A DNA stretch of 64,000 nucleotides from the NCBI RefSeq assembly GCF_004010195.1, contig NC_057718.1:52470254-52534253 (forward strand), read 5' to 3'. The translations under genes were made by a program, and so were the position numbers. Positions within the stretch are counted from its first letter, which is position 1; every line of letters begins with the position of its first letter. The notes under the pieces were generated by a model. It had not been told where the DNA came from. It saw nothing but the letters and a program-made list of their open reading frames with translations, and made no database searches. Below are positions 51,771 to 64,000 of this stretch, in pieces. Origin of the DNA: Chiloscyllium plagiosum (taxonomy: Eukaryota).

Positions 51771-52881
51771 AGTTGAAAAATGTGTTGCTGGAAAAGCACA
51801 GCAGACCAGGCAGCATTCAAGGAGCAGGAGAATCAACGTTTCGGGCATAAAGGAATGAGGAAGGTGTGCCAAGCAGGCTAAGATAAAAGGTGGGGAGAAG
51901 GGACTTGGGGGAGGGGGGATTGGGAATGCGATAGATGGAAGGAGGTTAAGGTGAAGGTGATAGGACAGAGAGGGGGTGGGGGCGGAGAGGTTGGGAAGAA
52001 GATCNNNNNNNNNNNNNNNNNNNNNNNNNNNNNNNNNNNNNNNNNNNNNNNNNNNNNNNNNNNNNNNNNNNNNNNNNNNNNNNNNNNNNNNNNNNNNNNN
52101 NNNNNNNNNNNNNNNNNNNNNNNNNNNNNNNNNNNNNNNNNNNNNNNNNNNNNNNNNNNNNNNNNNNNNNNNNNNNNNNNNNNNNNNNNNNNNNNNNNNN
52201 NNNNNNNNNNNNNNNNNNNNNNNNNNNNNNNNNNNNNNNNNNNNNNNNNNNNNNNNNNNNNNNNNNNNNNNNNNNNNNNNNNNNNNNNNNNNNNNNNNNN
52301 NNNNNNNNNNNNNNNNNNNNNNNNNNNNNNNNNNNNNNNNNTTGGAGGTGGCGGAAATGACGAAGGATGATACGATGTATCTGGAGGTTGGTGGGGTGGT
52401 AGGTGAGGACCAGTGGGGTTCTGTCCTGGTGGCGATTGGAGGGGCGGGGTTCAAGGGCGGAGGAGCGGGGAGTAGAGGAGATGCGGTGGAGAGCATCGTC
52501 AACCATTGCTAAGGGGAAAGTGTGGTCTTTGAAGAAGGAATTGGGAACATGGGATGGCGTTTTTACAGGGGGCAGGGTGGGAGGAGGTGTAATCTAGGTA
52601 GCTGTGGGAGTCGGTCGGTTTATAGTAAATGTCCGTGTTGAGTCGGTCGCCCGAGGTAGAAATTGAGAGGTCTAGGAGGAGGAGGGAGGAGTCTGAGACA
52701 GTCCTGGTAAATTTGAGGTCGGGGTGGAAGGTGTTAGTAAAGTGGATGAACTGTTCAACCTCCTCATGGGAGCACGAGTTAGCACCGATACAGTCACCGA
52801 TGTAGCGAAGGAAAATGTGGGGGGCGGTGCCAGTGTAGCTGCAGAAGATGGACTGTTCCACATATCCGACATACTTCCACA
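51771..52881 (-). mobile_element. 5'-truncated Penelope-like element (RT C-half, thumb/linker, pLTR family B)
   Basis: ORF 52499-53068 FLRYIGDC..FHPDLKFT..LDLSI..DIYYKPTDSHSYLDYTSSHP; ORF 51946-52506 RTPLVLTYHP; 13 bp TSD TATTTCCACACTG. Confidence 0.95.
52005..52341. other. Assembly gap (N run)
   Basis: Run of N. Confidence 1.
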
Positions 52882-53479
52882 TATTTCCACACTGTAGGGG
52901 TTCTATGATTCTATGATTCTTAAGTAAGGAGATCAAAACTGTACACAGTATTCCAGGTGTAACCTCATCAATGGTTTTTTTGTAATTGTAGGAAGACTTC
53001 TTAATTTTTTTATTGTCCATCTCCTTGCGAGAAAAGATAGTTTGCTGCACCTGCATTCGCATGGACAAGTATATTGAATTCTCTCAGAACACCAATACCT
53101 TTCTCCATTTTAAACATATTTCGTTTTTCTATTTTTTTTCTTCCAAAGTGCATAACTTCACAATTTTCCACAGTATATTCCATACTTCATGTTCTTGCCC
53201 ACTCATAAAGCCTGTCTACATCCCTTTGCAGTCTTTTTACATCCACATGACTTACTGTTGCATCTAAATGGAATAGTTTTAAAAGTGATCTGGCAGTAAA
53301 GTAGGCTTTCATGAGGCACTGTGGCCGTCAACGCAACATAATTATACTTAATCTGTAACCTCTTACCCTTGCATTTCCTTCACTCCAGCATATCAACAAG
53401 TCAGAGCCCAGGCTCTATAAAGAAGATCATACTTTGAGCAGCACCAGAAATAACAAATAATAATGACATTCATACAACA

Positions 53480-54165
53480 CAAACAGCAGGCAATTATCAA
53501 CTCCAACAAGAGAAAATCTAATCAGATAACCTTGACATTTAATGGCATCACCATTGTGAAAACACCTTTATCAACATCCAAGGAGTCACTATTGATGAGA
53601 AATTGAACTGGACAAGCCACATAAAAAATGGGGTTGCAAAAGCAAATCAGAAGCTAGGAATTTGGCAGCTAATAACTCATGTCCTGTCTCGCCAGAGCCT
53701 GCCCACCATCTACAATGTATCTGTCAGGAGTGTGACGGAATGCTTCACACTTGCCTGGACAACTATAGGTTCAACAACATTCAACAAACTCAACCCTTCC
53801 AAGGGAAGCAACACGATTGGCATTCCATTCAATATTCACAGTGGCAGCCCTGTGTACCGTCAACAAATGAACTGCAGCAATCATCAAGGCTCCTTAGACA
53901 ATAACCCACAAAACCCATGAACGCATGGCAGCACCATCAGCTACACACCATCCTTATTTGGAGTTATATCATCATTTCTTAACTGTCAGTAAATGAAAAT
54001 CTTGGGACTCTCTCCCTATCAGCACTTGAGAGTATACCTATACCCATAGACTGCAGGAATTAAAGAAGGTAGTTCTTTACCAACCTTTCAAGGATATTTA
54101 AATATAGATAATAAGCTTTGGCTTACTCAAAATCTTCCACACCATGTGATGTAAAACTTTAAAAA
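53480..54165 (+). mobile_element. Old CR1/L2-group LINE 3' fragment
   Basis: ORF 53603-53920 LNWTSHI..KANQKLGI..LPTIYN..VRSVTE. Confidence 0.75.
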
Positions 54166-54199
54166 AACTAGCTGCACTTAGCTAGCTTACTCCAGCTAA

Positions 54200-55097
54200 T
54201 GATAGAAACATCAGCTCAACAAAATGGAAAAGTAGTCTGTCCTGGTCATACAAAAAAAGATAAATCCAATCCAGCCAATTATTGCTCTGTCCTCATCAAA
54301 ATGATGGAAGGTGTCATGAACAGTGCTGTCAAACAGCATATTCTCAGATATAATCTGCTCAGTGATGCTTAATTTAGATTTAATTAGGACCATCCAACTA
54401 CAGACTTCATAAGAGTCTTGGTCCAAATATGGTTAGGACTTCAAAGCAGCATCTGTCCCACTGTAGCAGAAAGGTGCCTTTAAAAAATTGGAGTCATCGA
54501 GAATCAGGTGGAAAACACCTCCTCTCGTTTGTGGAATAGCTAACACAAAGATTGATATCCGTGGTTATCGTAGGGCAAGCATCTCAGCCCAAGGGCATTG
54601 TTGCAGAGTTACTCATGGTTGTGTCATTGGCCTCACATGTGCAGCTATATCATCAATTACTTCCTATCATCATCAGATCAAAGGTGGGTGTCCTCACAGA
54701 TGAGTACACAATGTTCAATTACATTTGTAATTCCTCAGATGATGAAACAATCCATGCCCGTACATGCAACAAAACCTGGACAAGATTTAGAAGATAGCCA
54801 CTAAGTAACACTTTTCTTTGTTACATATGCACCAGGCAATGACCATTTCCATCAAAAGAGAGTTTAACCACTTCAATTAGGAATTCAACACTATTACCAG
54901 CACCAAATCCCCCACCATCATCACCTTGGGGAACATCATTGATAAGAATCATAACTGGAGCAGCCACATAAATACAGTTGTTACAAGAGTAAGCCAAGGC
55001 TGGGTGTTCTGTGGTGTTCCATATTTTCAAGTGCAGTTATGGATGAGCAATAAATGCTTGTTTTGCCTTCAAAGCCCATAGCTCATGAACAAACAAA
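54200..55097 (+). mobile_element. Second old LINE of the same family (RT relic and tail)
   Basis: Decayed RT (CCAATTATTGCTCTGTCCTCATC.., CCCAAGGGCATTGTT, ACAGATGA) and tail GGATGAGCAATAAATGC. Confidence 0.65.
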
Positions 55098-55154
55098 TTA
55101 ATTGACACAGTACTCAGTGCTTTCTGCCCTTGGGTATTGTACAATTTGATAAAT

Positions 55155-55345
55155 ACTTCATCTGGTCCATATCTCTCTAAACCCTTCTTGTTCATATATC
55201 CACCTAGTCACCTTTTAAATGTTCTAATTATCCCAGCTTCGACCACTTCCAGCTCATTCTATACATGCACCACCATCTGCATGAAAAAGTTGCCCCTTAG
55301 GTCCCTTTTAAATCTTTCCCCTCTCACCTTAAACCTATGTCCTTG
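55155..55345 (-). mobile_element. CR1 fragment
   Basis: Antisense to the CR1 ORF2 end (AAAAAGTTGCCCCTTAGGTCCC). Confidence 0.85.
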
Positions 55346-56446
55346 ATTTTTGATTGTGAAGCGCATTACACTACACAAGATTCATCATAGTTAATTAGGA
55401 ATGTCATTTCCTCAAAAAATGAAGTCATGATAACTGACTACACAGAACATTTCCTGTTGACTTCTGATGACATGATGGCCACGCTGATAAATCATCAATT
55501 ATATTACTGATAATTAATTCCATCATTTTATATGCATCTATCTTTGGGGTTAAATTACAGGCAAATTGTGGGGACTCCACTCTTATTGTGCCTCTCAACT
55601 GAATGGTATAGCACACAGTAGGGGGCGCTGATCATAGATGCCTCTATTCGTTGTATGCCCAGACCCTCGACAATTGCACATTGTTCCATTCGCCTGGAGG
55701 GCTTACAAGCCCCTGTCTTTGTCAGCATCCATTGTTCAATTAAGAGTTTCAGTAAATGTAGATTAAGACAACTCATGGGCAAAGGTATGCACAAAATTCT
55801 TCTATTAATTCTATTAAGAATTTTAAATGGGTAAATAACTGAATTGAAAAATGGGTTAAAGAAAGCAATGTTTTCATAGTACTTTTCTGAGCTTTGGTTT
55901 GAAAACTGAACAAAAATCCATGCACTCATCAGAGCCGGTGGAATTTTGTGAATAACATTTTTCATTTGAATACAAAAGTGTCAAGCAAGCGAGTTGGGAT
56001 GAACTTGAGCTTTGTGCTTCTCAAACTTATGTGTTATGCTTTAGATCTCCATTTATTGCATTCCAATATTTTCATCATCTCTATTCAATGCTGTGATTCT
56101 ATTTTGTACAAGTCAGTGGTGACATTTATGAAATCCTGATAGCTCTATTATCTTACTCAGAGATTTCAATCTATGCATGTGGTTAAGTATGGATTTTGTG
56201 CCAACAGAATCAGCTCTGTGTTTCTGGGACCGTTCCATTAACAATGTGGATCTGCTTACAGAAAACAAGTTGAATTTAATCTTTACTTTTGTGTTGAGAT
56301 CCTTGCTGGAGCAATTCATATTACATTAATTAACATTTCTTATGCTTCATCCTGACTCAGAGACAATGTAAATTTCAATAATTCCAAGTACCCTTTAATT
56401 AGCTGTCTCGACACCCACAATAATTCAAATGAGTTTAAGTTATAAT

Positions 56447-57197
56447 AGAGTCAAAGAGTCATAGAGATGTACAGCACAGAAACAGATCCTTCAGTCCAAC
56501 TCTCCATGCTGACCTGATATCTTAAATTAATCTGGTCCCCTTTGCCATCATCTGGCCCATATCCCTCTAAACCCTCCATATTCACATACCTTCCAGATGC
56601 CTTTTAAATGTTGTAATTGTACCAGCCTCTACCACTTCCACTGTCAGCTCATTCCAAACACGCATAACCCTCTGTGTGTCTTAGGTCCCGTTTATATCTT
56701 TCCACCTCACCTGAAACCTGTGCCCGGTAGTTTTGGACTCCCTCACCCTGGGAAAATGACTTTGCCTATTTACCCTATCCATGCCTCTCATGATTTTATG
56801 AACCTCTATAAGGTCATCCCTCAGCCTCTGATGCTCCAGGGAAAACAGCCCAGTCTAAAACCTCTGTCCTTATAGCTCAAATCCTCCAAACCTGGCAACA
56901 TTCTTTAAATCTTTTCTGAACCCTTTCAAGTTTCACAACGTCCTTCCGACAGCAGGGAAACCAGAATTGCATGCAGTATTCCAATGTTGTCCTAACCAAT
57001 GTCCTGTACAGCTGCAAAATTACCTCTCAACCTCTATACTCAATGAACTGACCAATAAAAGCAAACATACCAAACGCCTTCTTCACTATCCTATCTATGT
57101 GCGACTCCACTTTCAAGGAGCTATGAACCTGCACTCCATGGTCTCTTTGTTCAGCAACAGTCCCCAGGACCTTACCATTAAATATATAAGTCCTGCC
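56447..57197 (-). mobile_element. 5'-truncated CR1
   Basis: ORF 57027-57275 GVQVHSSLKVESHIDRIVKKAFGMFAFI; tail at 56447. Confidence 0.95.
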
Positions 57198-58087
57198 ATC
57201 TGAGGTTAAATGTACGTTATTCATTTCCAGAAAAAAAAATAGAATGGCCACATCCTGAAGTGGAAACCTCAACACAGTTATTAAACAATTTTATTACAAA
57301 ATATCAACCAGTGTATCTTAAAATGTTTCCTTTGAAGAATTTTATTTTTAGCCTTTTTACATTTTAAGCTGCTTCAGGGATGGAGCACATCACTTAAATC
57401 CCTTCGTTCCCCATCTGTCAGCAGATTTAGGGATTGACTCAATTCAACAAAAAATACTTGCTGGCTGCTTCAATTTGTTAAGATGTAACATAACTTTGCA
57501 GAGTGAAGTTGAACTCTATACTCTGTTAAAGTGTGTACAGACTGAAGGCATATGATCATTGCGTAGAAGGCATTTCACAGAAATTATTTAAAAGCAAGGA
57601 TGGAAAGAAAACACAGAAATTAATAAGCAGAAAATGAGTCGGTGACAATCTTATCTTAAATGTGTACATTGTGTATTTCACTCACTCTCAACATCCTACT
57701 AATTTTTATTTGTCACTCGTGAAATATGCAACTCAACTTTTACTGACTCAGTTTCACAAAGATTACTGCTCAGCACTTCGCATTTTTTGAGTCATAAAGT
57801 CATCTTAACATTCAGGGAAAGGACTCTGCATAGAATATGCAAACTGCTTACGAGTAATGTTGGTATGTTTAAGCCATTATTTTCTGTTATACCTCGTAAT
57901 CCTCCCATTGATCAAGGTGATTTTTATTATGCAACATCATTGATCAATAAATTAGGTTCACCACGCAAGTGTCCAAAATGACAGGCTTCATGACAGAACT
58001 AATTCATGCTTTATCTTTTATTGTGGAATAGTTAATTTTTCTTCCAACTGTACTAATTTGTTTAGTTGCACAAGACATTGAAAGATC

Positions 58088-58765
58088 TGGTGTAGTGGAC
58101 AGCGAAGAGGGTTACCTCAGATTACAACAGATCTGGACCAGATGGGCCAATGGGCTGAGAAGTGGCAGATGGAGTTTAATTCAGATAAATGCGAGGTGCT
58201 GCATTTTGGGAAAGCAAATCTTAGCAGGACTTATACACTTAATGGTAAGGTCCTAGGGAGTGTTGCTGAACAAAGAGACCTTGGAGTGCAGGTTTATAAC
58301 TCCTTGAAAGTGGAGTCACAGGTAGATAGGATAGTGAAGAAGGCATTTGGTATGCTTTCCTTTGTTGGTCAGAGTACAGGACACTGGTTAGGCCATTGTT
58401 GGAATATTGCATGCANNNNNNNNNNNNNNNNNNNNNNNNNNNNNNNNNNNNNNNNNNNNNNNNNNNNNNNNNNNNNNNNNNNNNNNNNNNNNNNNNNNNN
58501 NNNNNNNNNNNNNNNNNNNNNNNNNNNNNNNNNNNNNNNNNNNNNNNNNNNNNNNNNNNNNNNNNNNNNNNNNNNNNNNNGATTGGTGGAGGCTGGTACA
58601 ATTGCAACATTTAAGAGGCATTTGGATGGGTATATGAATAGGAAGGGTTTGGAGGGATATGGGCCGGCTGCTGGCAGGTGGGACTAGATTGGGTTGGGAT
58701 ATCTGGTCGGCATGGATGGGTTGGACCGAAGGGTCTGTTTCCATGCTGTACATCTCTATGGCTCC
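58088..58765 (+). mobile_element. 5'-truncated young CR1 (contains a gap)
   Basis: ORF 58142-58687 WAEKWQMEFNSDKCEVLHFG. Confidence 0.96.
58416..58580. other. Assembly gap (N run)
   Basis: Run of N. Confidence 1.
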
Positions 58766-60169
58766 ATATGTAAGGAGCTGTGAGAAATTCGTAAGTGGAT
58801 GTTATAATTTGCCAAAGAAAAGAATTAATTAATCAGCCAACCACCAAATACATAAAACTACATGTTTGCAATTAACTTAACTTTACAATACTCTTGAATT
58901 CTTGTCTTAACCCATTACCAAACAACATAATATTATGCATTTGCACTGTACGGTCCTTTTAATGTGAAAAAAAACTGGAATCAAATGTAGCAATTATGCT
59001 ATTATTTGTTTTACAGATTCCTAAGAGGAGCCTTGACACTTAATACATAAGATCATTTTGGCCTAATCTTTGGTGGGAGGTTACAACACGGCTGTGACTG
59101 AAGTGTGCAGAAAATGTTTTAATATTCCAAGTAGATCAAAATGATATAATTACAGACCACAACTACTTGTCAAGGTACAACATTATATCTTCTTTTAGAG
59201 GGATTTTCTTGAGTAACTACATTTGATTTTCAGGACTCCTCTTCATTAACCCATTTATGAAGTTATTCTGTTGCACAGTAATAATACTTCCTATATCTCT
59301 GTTCATGCACAATAATTGGGTTCATACAGAAGGAGAATGATAAAGTTTATCAATACCCTTAATGAGTTTCAAACTTCAATAAACTTAAAGTCACAACACA
59401 CAAGAAAAGCATTAATTTCTTAAAACTATAGAAAGCAAATCGTTACAAGTCGACAGACATAAGGTGGCAACAAAAATTGTTTTTCAAAGTAATTGATGCA
59501 TTTCTACACACAAAAAGCTATCAGCTTAAACACACCTTCCACAGACTAGTGTAATCATTGTTATTTAATTTCCATTTCATAAGTGTAGCAGATGTTAACC
59601 AGTTACTAACGTTTTTACTACATCTCAGATCCCAATCTCAGATTTAAGTTGAACAACTGGCAAAGTATTCGTTATGATAGCATTCAGAACTTTTTCTCCC
59701 ATTCAGCAGTTTGTGAATGTATTTAAGCTCGAGATTCCACATTAATTCACAGGGCATTGTTGTATTTCAAGATTGATTTTGATTCATTCATATTCTGAAC
59801 TGAGTGATTTCATGTTTTCTTGGCTGACTATTCTTTTGCTGACTGGTTTAAAACTGTTATATCTCCTTTACAATCTCCCATACACACTTCCACCTCACTC
59901 TCACTCATGCAGCCTCTAACCCCTCTCCTGAAACTGTCCTTTCTTACACTCTCAGTCTCCTCTCACCCTCCTTGCTGCCACTCCTCATACCCGTGCAGCC
60001 TTTTCTCCCCAAAGCCTCATTTTGGCCTCCCTCTCCCTTTTCTAAGGAATTTTGGCATCTCCCTATAGCCTTTCATTTTCACACCCCTTGCAGCAATACC
60101 CTTTCCCCAGTTCAGTCTCCTTGTAGCCCTGTGCAGCCTTCCCTCTCACCCTTGCAGCTTACATCACAT

Positions 60170-61630
60170 GATGTAAAAGCAGAAGTTGACCACCCTGGCA
60201 TTCAATGAGATCATGGTTGATTTGAAAATCCTCAACACCATTTTCTTGCCTCTTCCACATAACATCAGACTCCTTCAATGATTATAAATTTGTCTCAGTC
60301 TTGACTATGCTTAATGATGCAGTGTCTAAGCTCTCTGGTAAAGAATTACACTCATTGACTACACTCACACTCTCCTCCACCTTGCAGCACTCCTTTCCCT
60401 CTTACAGCCTCCCTCTTCCCATCTTATGGCTTTGTGCTCTCCCCAACACTTTGAAGATCCTGTTGTTCTCATTTCCTTGGCTGTCACTGTGTTTTCCACC
60501 CACATTGCAGCATGTTTCATCCCACCCAATCCCAATCCTCATGCAGTCTATTTCTCCCCTCTCTAGTACACATCCCACATCTTGGACTAGGCAAAGGAAA
60601 CCCATAATGGATGGCTTCTGAGTTTTCACATCCTCAACAAAGAGATTCCCAGCTATAGAGTCACCCTGCACCCTGGGTGAATACCAGCAAAAGCTCTCCC
60701 CAGTAACCTCAGTGTTGCAACATCTCAGCGTCAGACTCCAGGCAGCCAAAACCCTTACCTTAGCAACACCCCCAGCCCAGCCAATCCTCCAGCCTAAGCA
60801 ACATCACCAGTCTTCACAGAATTGTTACGGCTCTTTGGCCTAATGTGCCAGTAGTTGTATTGACTATAGCAACATCCTGCCTTTTGATCCTGATCCACAC
60901 TCAGCACTTTTACCTAAGTAACCATTCAATGCCCTTTTAAGTGCCTCAACTGAATCTGCCCCAGCACATTTCCAGGCAATACATTCTAAAACCCAGCTAC
61001 TCACTCTCTGAATTTTTATTTCTCACATCACCCTTGCTTTCTTTGTCCAACCCCAGCACAATATGACAAAAGGCTTCCACGGTGTTTCTCTCACATAGTT
61101 TTGTTCTTTTAGTTCATTCTTCGCTATCCTGCTTGCTGCTCCTCCGATCATGGCTGACAGTTTCTTGTATTTACTGTTGAAAGGTTCACAGTCAACCTAT
61201 CAGCAGCAAGCATGCAAGAAAACCAGCCTGTGATTGTCAAAGGATATCAATACCAATTGCAGCCACTCTCTTTGATGAACCAAAGAAAGTGTACAAAACA
61301 CAAAAGAGGCCATTCATCCCATTGTGTTTGCAGCAGCTGAATAAATCAGCTGCCAATTCTAATCTCACTTACCAGCACCAAGCCTTTGGTTTGCCAGGTA
61401 CAACACTTCAGGGGCAGATCTCGGGTCGATTTCAATTGAATTGAGGGCTTTTGCCTCAACCACCAGCGAATCCAGTCACCCAACTTTGCCTGGGTGAAAA
61501 TATTTCTCCCCAAATTCCTTCTAATCCTTCTATCTTAATCTATGCCCTGTGGAAATTTACCTCACCGCTAGGGGAAACAGGTCTTTCCTATTCACTCTAT
61601 CATAGCCCCTCACTATTTTGTACACATTAC
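60170..61630 (-). mobile_element. Cluster of three old CR1 3' fragments (~60170-60360, ~60810-61040, ~61290-61630)
   Basis: CR1 tail motifs (CATTCAATGAGATCATGG; GAGGCCATTCATCCCATTGTG). Confidence 0.6.
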
Positions 61631-62640
61631 AGGGGAACCATTCTCTGATTGATCGCTCGCCATTGTTGCATTATGTGTCACACTCAGTATATCAATATAC
61701 CTTTAACAGACACTGCAATTCAATACACCCTTTAAAATACATGCTCATGACAATATTACTGTATCATACCATATGACATGATGGTATAAAGTTCTCAGAC
61801 TTTGTTTTAATGGGATTACTTGAAGCTTGACATGTCACAAGGAGTATGTTGTTTTGTGTAACTTTGTAGCTTAATGCGAGGTCACACATTGATATCCATG
61901 TGAATGTAGTGTCATTAGTGCCAGTCGTAATAAACGTCTGTTGGATTATTCAATACCATGTTATTAATGCCCAATTTCTAACATTACAAGGGATAAAATA
62001 AACAATGCCACATCAGATAAAGCACCCATTTGAACATAAAAAATGATCATGGTAAGCTGGGGTGAGCACCTATAAAGAAGACTCCAAAATCTCAGTGGTA
62101 AGTGTTTGGAAAACGAATTGAAGACCAAACAGGCAAACAATGACATCCATTTCTGTGAGGTCAGACAGTTGTACAGATCTGTAAGTTGGGCACTGACCAA
62201 CGAGAAGATTTCATCTGATTAGAATGTAATATTCTCTAAGATTGCGTCTTATAGCATTTATAAGATTACCTCAATTAAAACATTTTAAAAGGGGCATTCA
62301 ACTTTTCCACTAAGGTAGAGAGAGCTAGAAATTTAGTTTGGTCTTCTTCTCACCGTGACTTAAAAGTAATAATCTCTCTCAAAACCATAACTGGAAAATA
62401 TTCTGATTGTAGGGAAGGATAATTTTTATTTACACTGACACAAAGCCAGAGACCTATGGTTTAACAGGTACAATCCAATGTTTTTAAACCCAAATCATGG
62501 ACAGCAGAAGCATGAAATGGAATGGGCATCTAGTGACTCCTTTATTGAACTACAACTGTTTTAACAAGGTATGTAATTTTACTTTACAGATCAAATGATA
62601 AATTAATTCAAGAGCTTCAAAAATGTTACTTGTCTTGCAG

Positions 62641-62708
62641 TTTTAACAATTCCAATCTTCCTGTCAATGATCAAAAAGATCCAGCAAAGATCAGGAAAAT
62701 TCACAAAG
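62641..62708 (+). CDS. Candidate 68 bp exon, FNNSNLPVNDQKDPAKIRKIHK (phase 2-1) or LTIPIFLSMIKKIQQRSGKFTK (phase 1-0)
   Basis: Acceptor ttacttgtcttgcag, donor AAG|gtaaga. Confidence 0.45.
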
Positions 62709-63604
62709 GTAAGAAGTAGCTTCAGGATTAACAAAGCTACAACTTATGTCATGCACAGCGAAGAGGCAATTGATCAGTTTGTTGGAAGATGGTGCAGGAG
62801 GTATGAGTGTGACTTTTCCAAACAGAAACTGTCAAAGAGACTCATGCAGTTAGTCATTGCCTCGACACTATTTTGGGATTGATTAGTTGGATAAGAAAAA
62901 AGGGCCACATCATCAAAGCACCATTTGCAGATTGTACCAGTATTAAGTCTTAATAACAGGTCAACGCAATTACATGGTTTAGGTGCAGCCAATATTGTTG
63001 CTATGGTCAGCAAAGTACAACAAAACTATGGAATAAATATAGTTTGATGTACCTACCCAAAAGCTGTCCAACCTTCCTTGATATATGTAATCTATGTGTC
63101 ACCAAAGAATACTGGGCTTTTATGTGCAGGAATTCTGCTTCCAAAGACCAAAACCCAACCCACAACAAAACACAGAAGATTTACAGGCTGGTACAAAGCC
63201 ACAATACTGACAGCAAGGAAAGAATTAAGAAGGTGCACAAACACATATATTGAGGTTGAAAGTCAACCAAACAAACCATATTGTTAACTTTATGCACCAT
63301 GTCAATATAGAATGATCAAAAGCTTTTACAACCATCAATATCTTAAATCCTGAAAAAGCAGGGCAACATACACTAAAAGTTAAAATCACCAGAGCCGCTC
63401 GTGCCAATATGTTGCATCCAATAACAATTCAGAAAGGCATGTATCTCAGGAAGTGGCTCCATGGTAAACGTCCACCAGAGACTGTCCCCTGGGTCACAAC
63501 TTCCGTGCATTGGCAGGATCCTATCACAGTGCCAATACAGAAGTTCATCTTGATTTCTGACAAATCTTCCACATGATAGAGATGGATATTCCACATGGAG
63601 ACAT

Positions 63605-63917
63605 GGGGCGGGACAGTGGTTCAGTGGTTAGCACTGCTGCCTCACAATGCCAGGGAGCTAGGTTCAATTCCAGCCTTGAGTGACTGTCTGCGTGGAGTTT
63701 GCACATTCTCCCCCTGTCTACGTGGGTTTCCTCCAGGTGCTCTGGTTTCCTCCCACAATCCAAAGGTGTGCAGGTCAGGTGAATTGGTCATGCTAAATTG
63801 CCTATAATGTTAGGTGCATTAGTCAAGGGAATGGGTCTGGGTGGGATACTCTTCAGAGGGTCGGTGTGGACTTGTTGGGCCAAATGGCCTGTTTCCATAT
63901 TCCAGGGAATCTAATCT
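63605..63917 (+). mobile_element. HE1/V-SINE-type SINE
   Basis: Full head-to-tail copy. Confidence 0.95.
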
Positions 63918-64000
63918 GATCTTCTCAAGATCTCTCAGGATCTTATTAACTTCAATCAATGCACATCCCAATCTTCTGAAGCTCATCCAATCCTTACTCA

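Larger units (their letters stand above)
51270..53260 (-). mobile_element. Old CR1 hosting a SINE tail that hosts a Penelope
   Basis: CR1-like sequence at 51270-51725 resumes at 52921 (AAGGAGATCAAAACTGTACACAGTATTCCAGGTG); SINE tail (+) at 51734-51770 and 52882-52920. Confidence 0.65.

Noticed and set aside
51732..52512. Longest ORFs (256, 186, 178 aa), and similar ones over 58142-58753
   Set aside because: Their length comes from reading through N gaps.
59017..59070. Exon after acceptor ttgttttacag
   Set aside because: All frames hit a stop within about 11 codons and there is no good donor.
59850..60620. Pyrimidine-rich low-complexity ORFs
   Set aside because: They reflect compositional bias of old repeat-derived DNA, with no coding signature.
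62468..62568. Exon candidate ending AAG|gtatgt
   Set aside because: It has stops in all three frames from the nearest acceptor, and splicing its open 3' frame to 62641 gives an immediate stop.
2075..63807. Short ORFs from the track as standalone genes
   Set aside because: They are chance ORFs, antisense or alternative frames of SINEs and LINEs (recurring peptides such as CGRKPEHPEETHADTGR), or decayed transposon frames.

Overview
This window is repeat-dense vertebrate DNA, not microbial. The repeat families (HE1/V-SINE-type SINEs, CR1/HER1 LINEs with (TCTATGAC)n tails, several Penelope-like families) point to a cartilaginous fish, probably a shark; that assignment is an inference. No ORF in the track is an intact gene. 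Recognisable ORFs are decayed transposon fragments: CR1 RT/APE/esterase, Penelope RT/GIY-YIG, L2 RT and a Gypsy gag. Main contents are one near-full-length decayed CR1 (26.4-31.2 kb, minus), many truncated CR1s, about 12 HE1-type SINE copies, old L2, LTR and Harbinger-like relics, and two assembly gaps. A few small candidate exons may mean the window is intronic to an unidentified + strand gene. The most notable signals are: (1) short Penelope pLTR-derived insertions carrying hammerhead-ribozyme cores, with target-site duplications (TSDs) and fold-back structure; (2) one such insertion that encloses a ~170 bp copy of DNA lying 2 kb upstream; (3) a twin-priming-like 5' inversion in a CR1. Boundaries of old repeats are approximate, and family calls are by-eye recognition rather than database hits.
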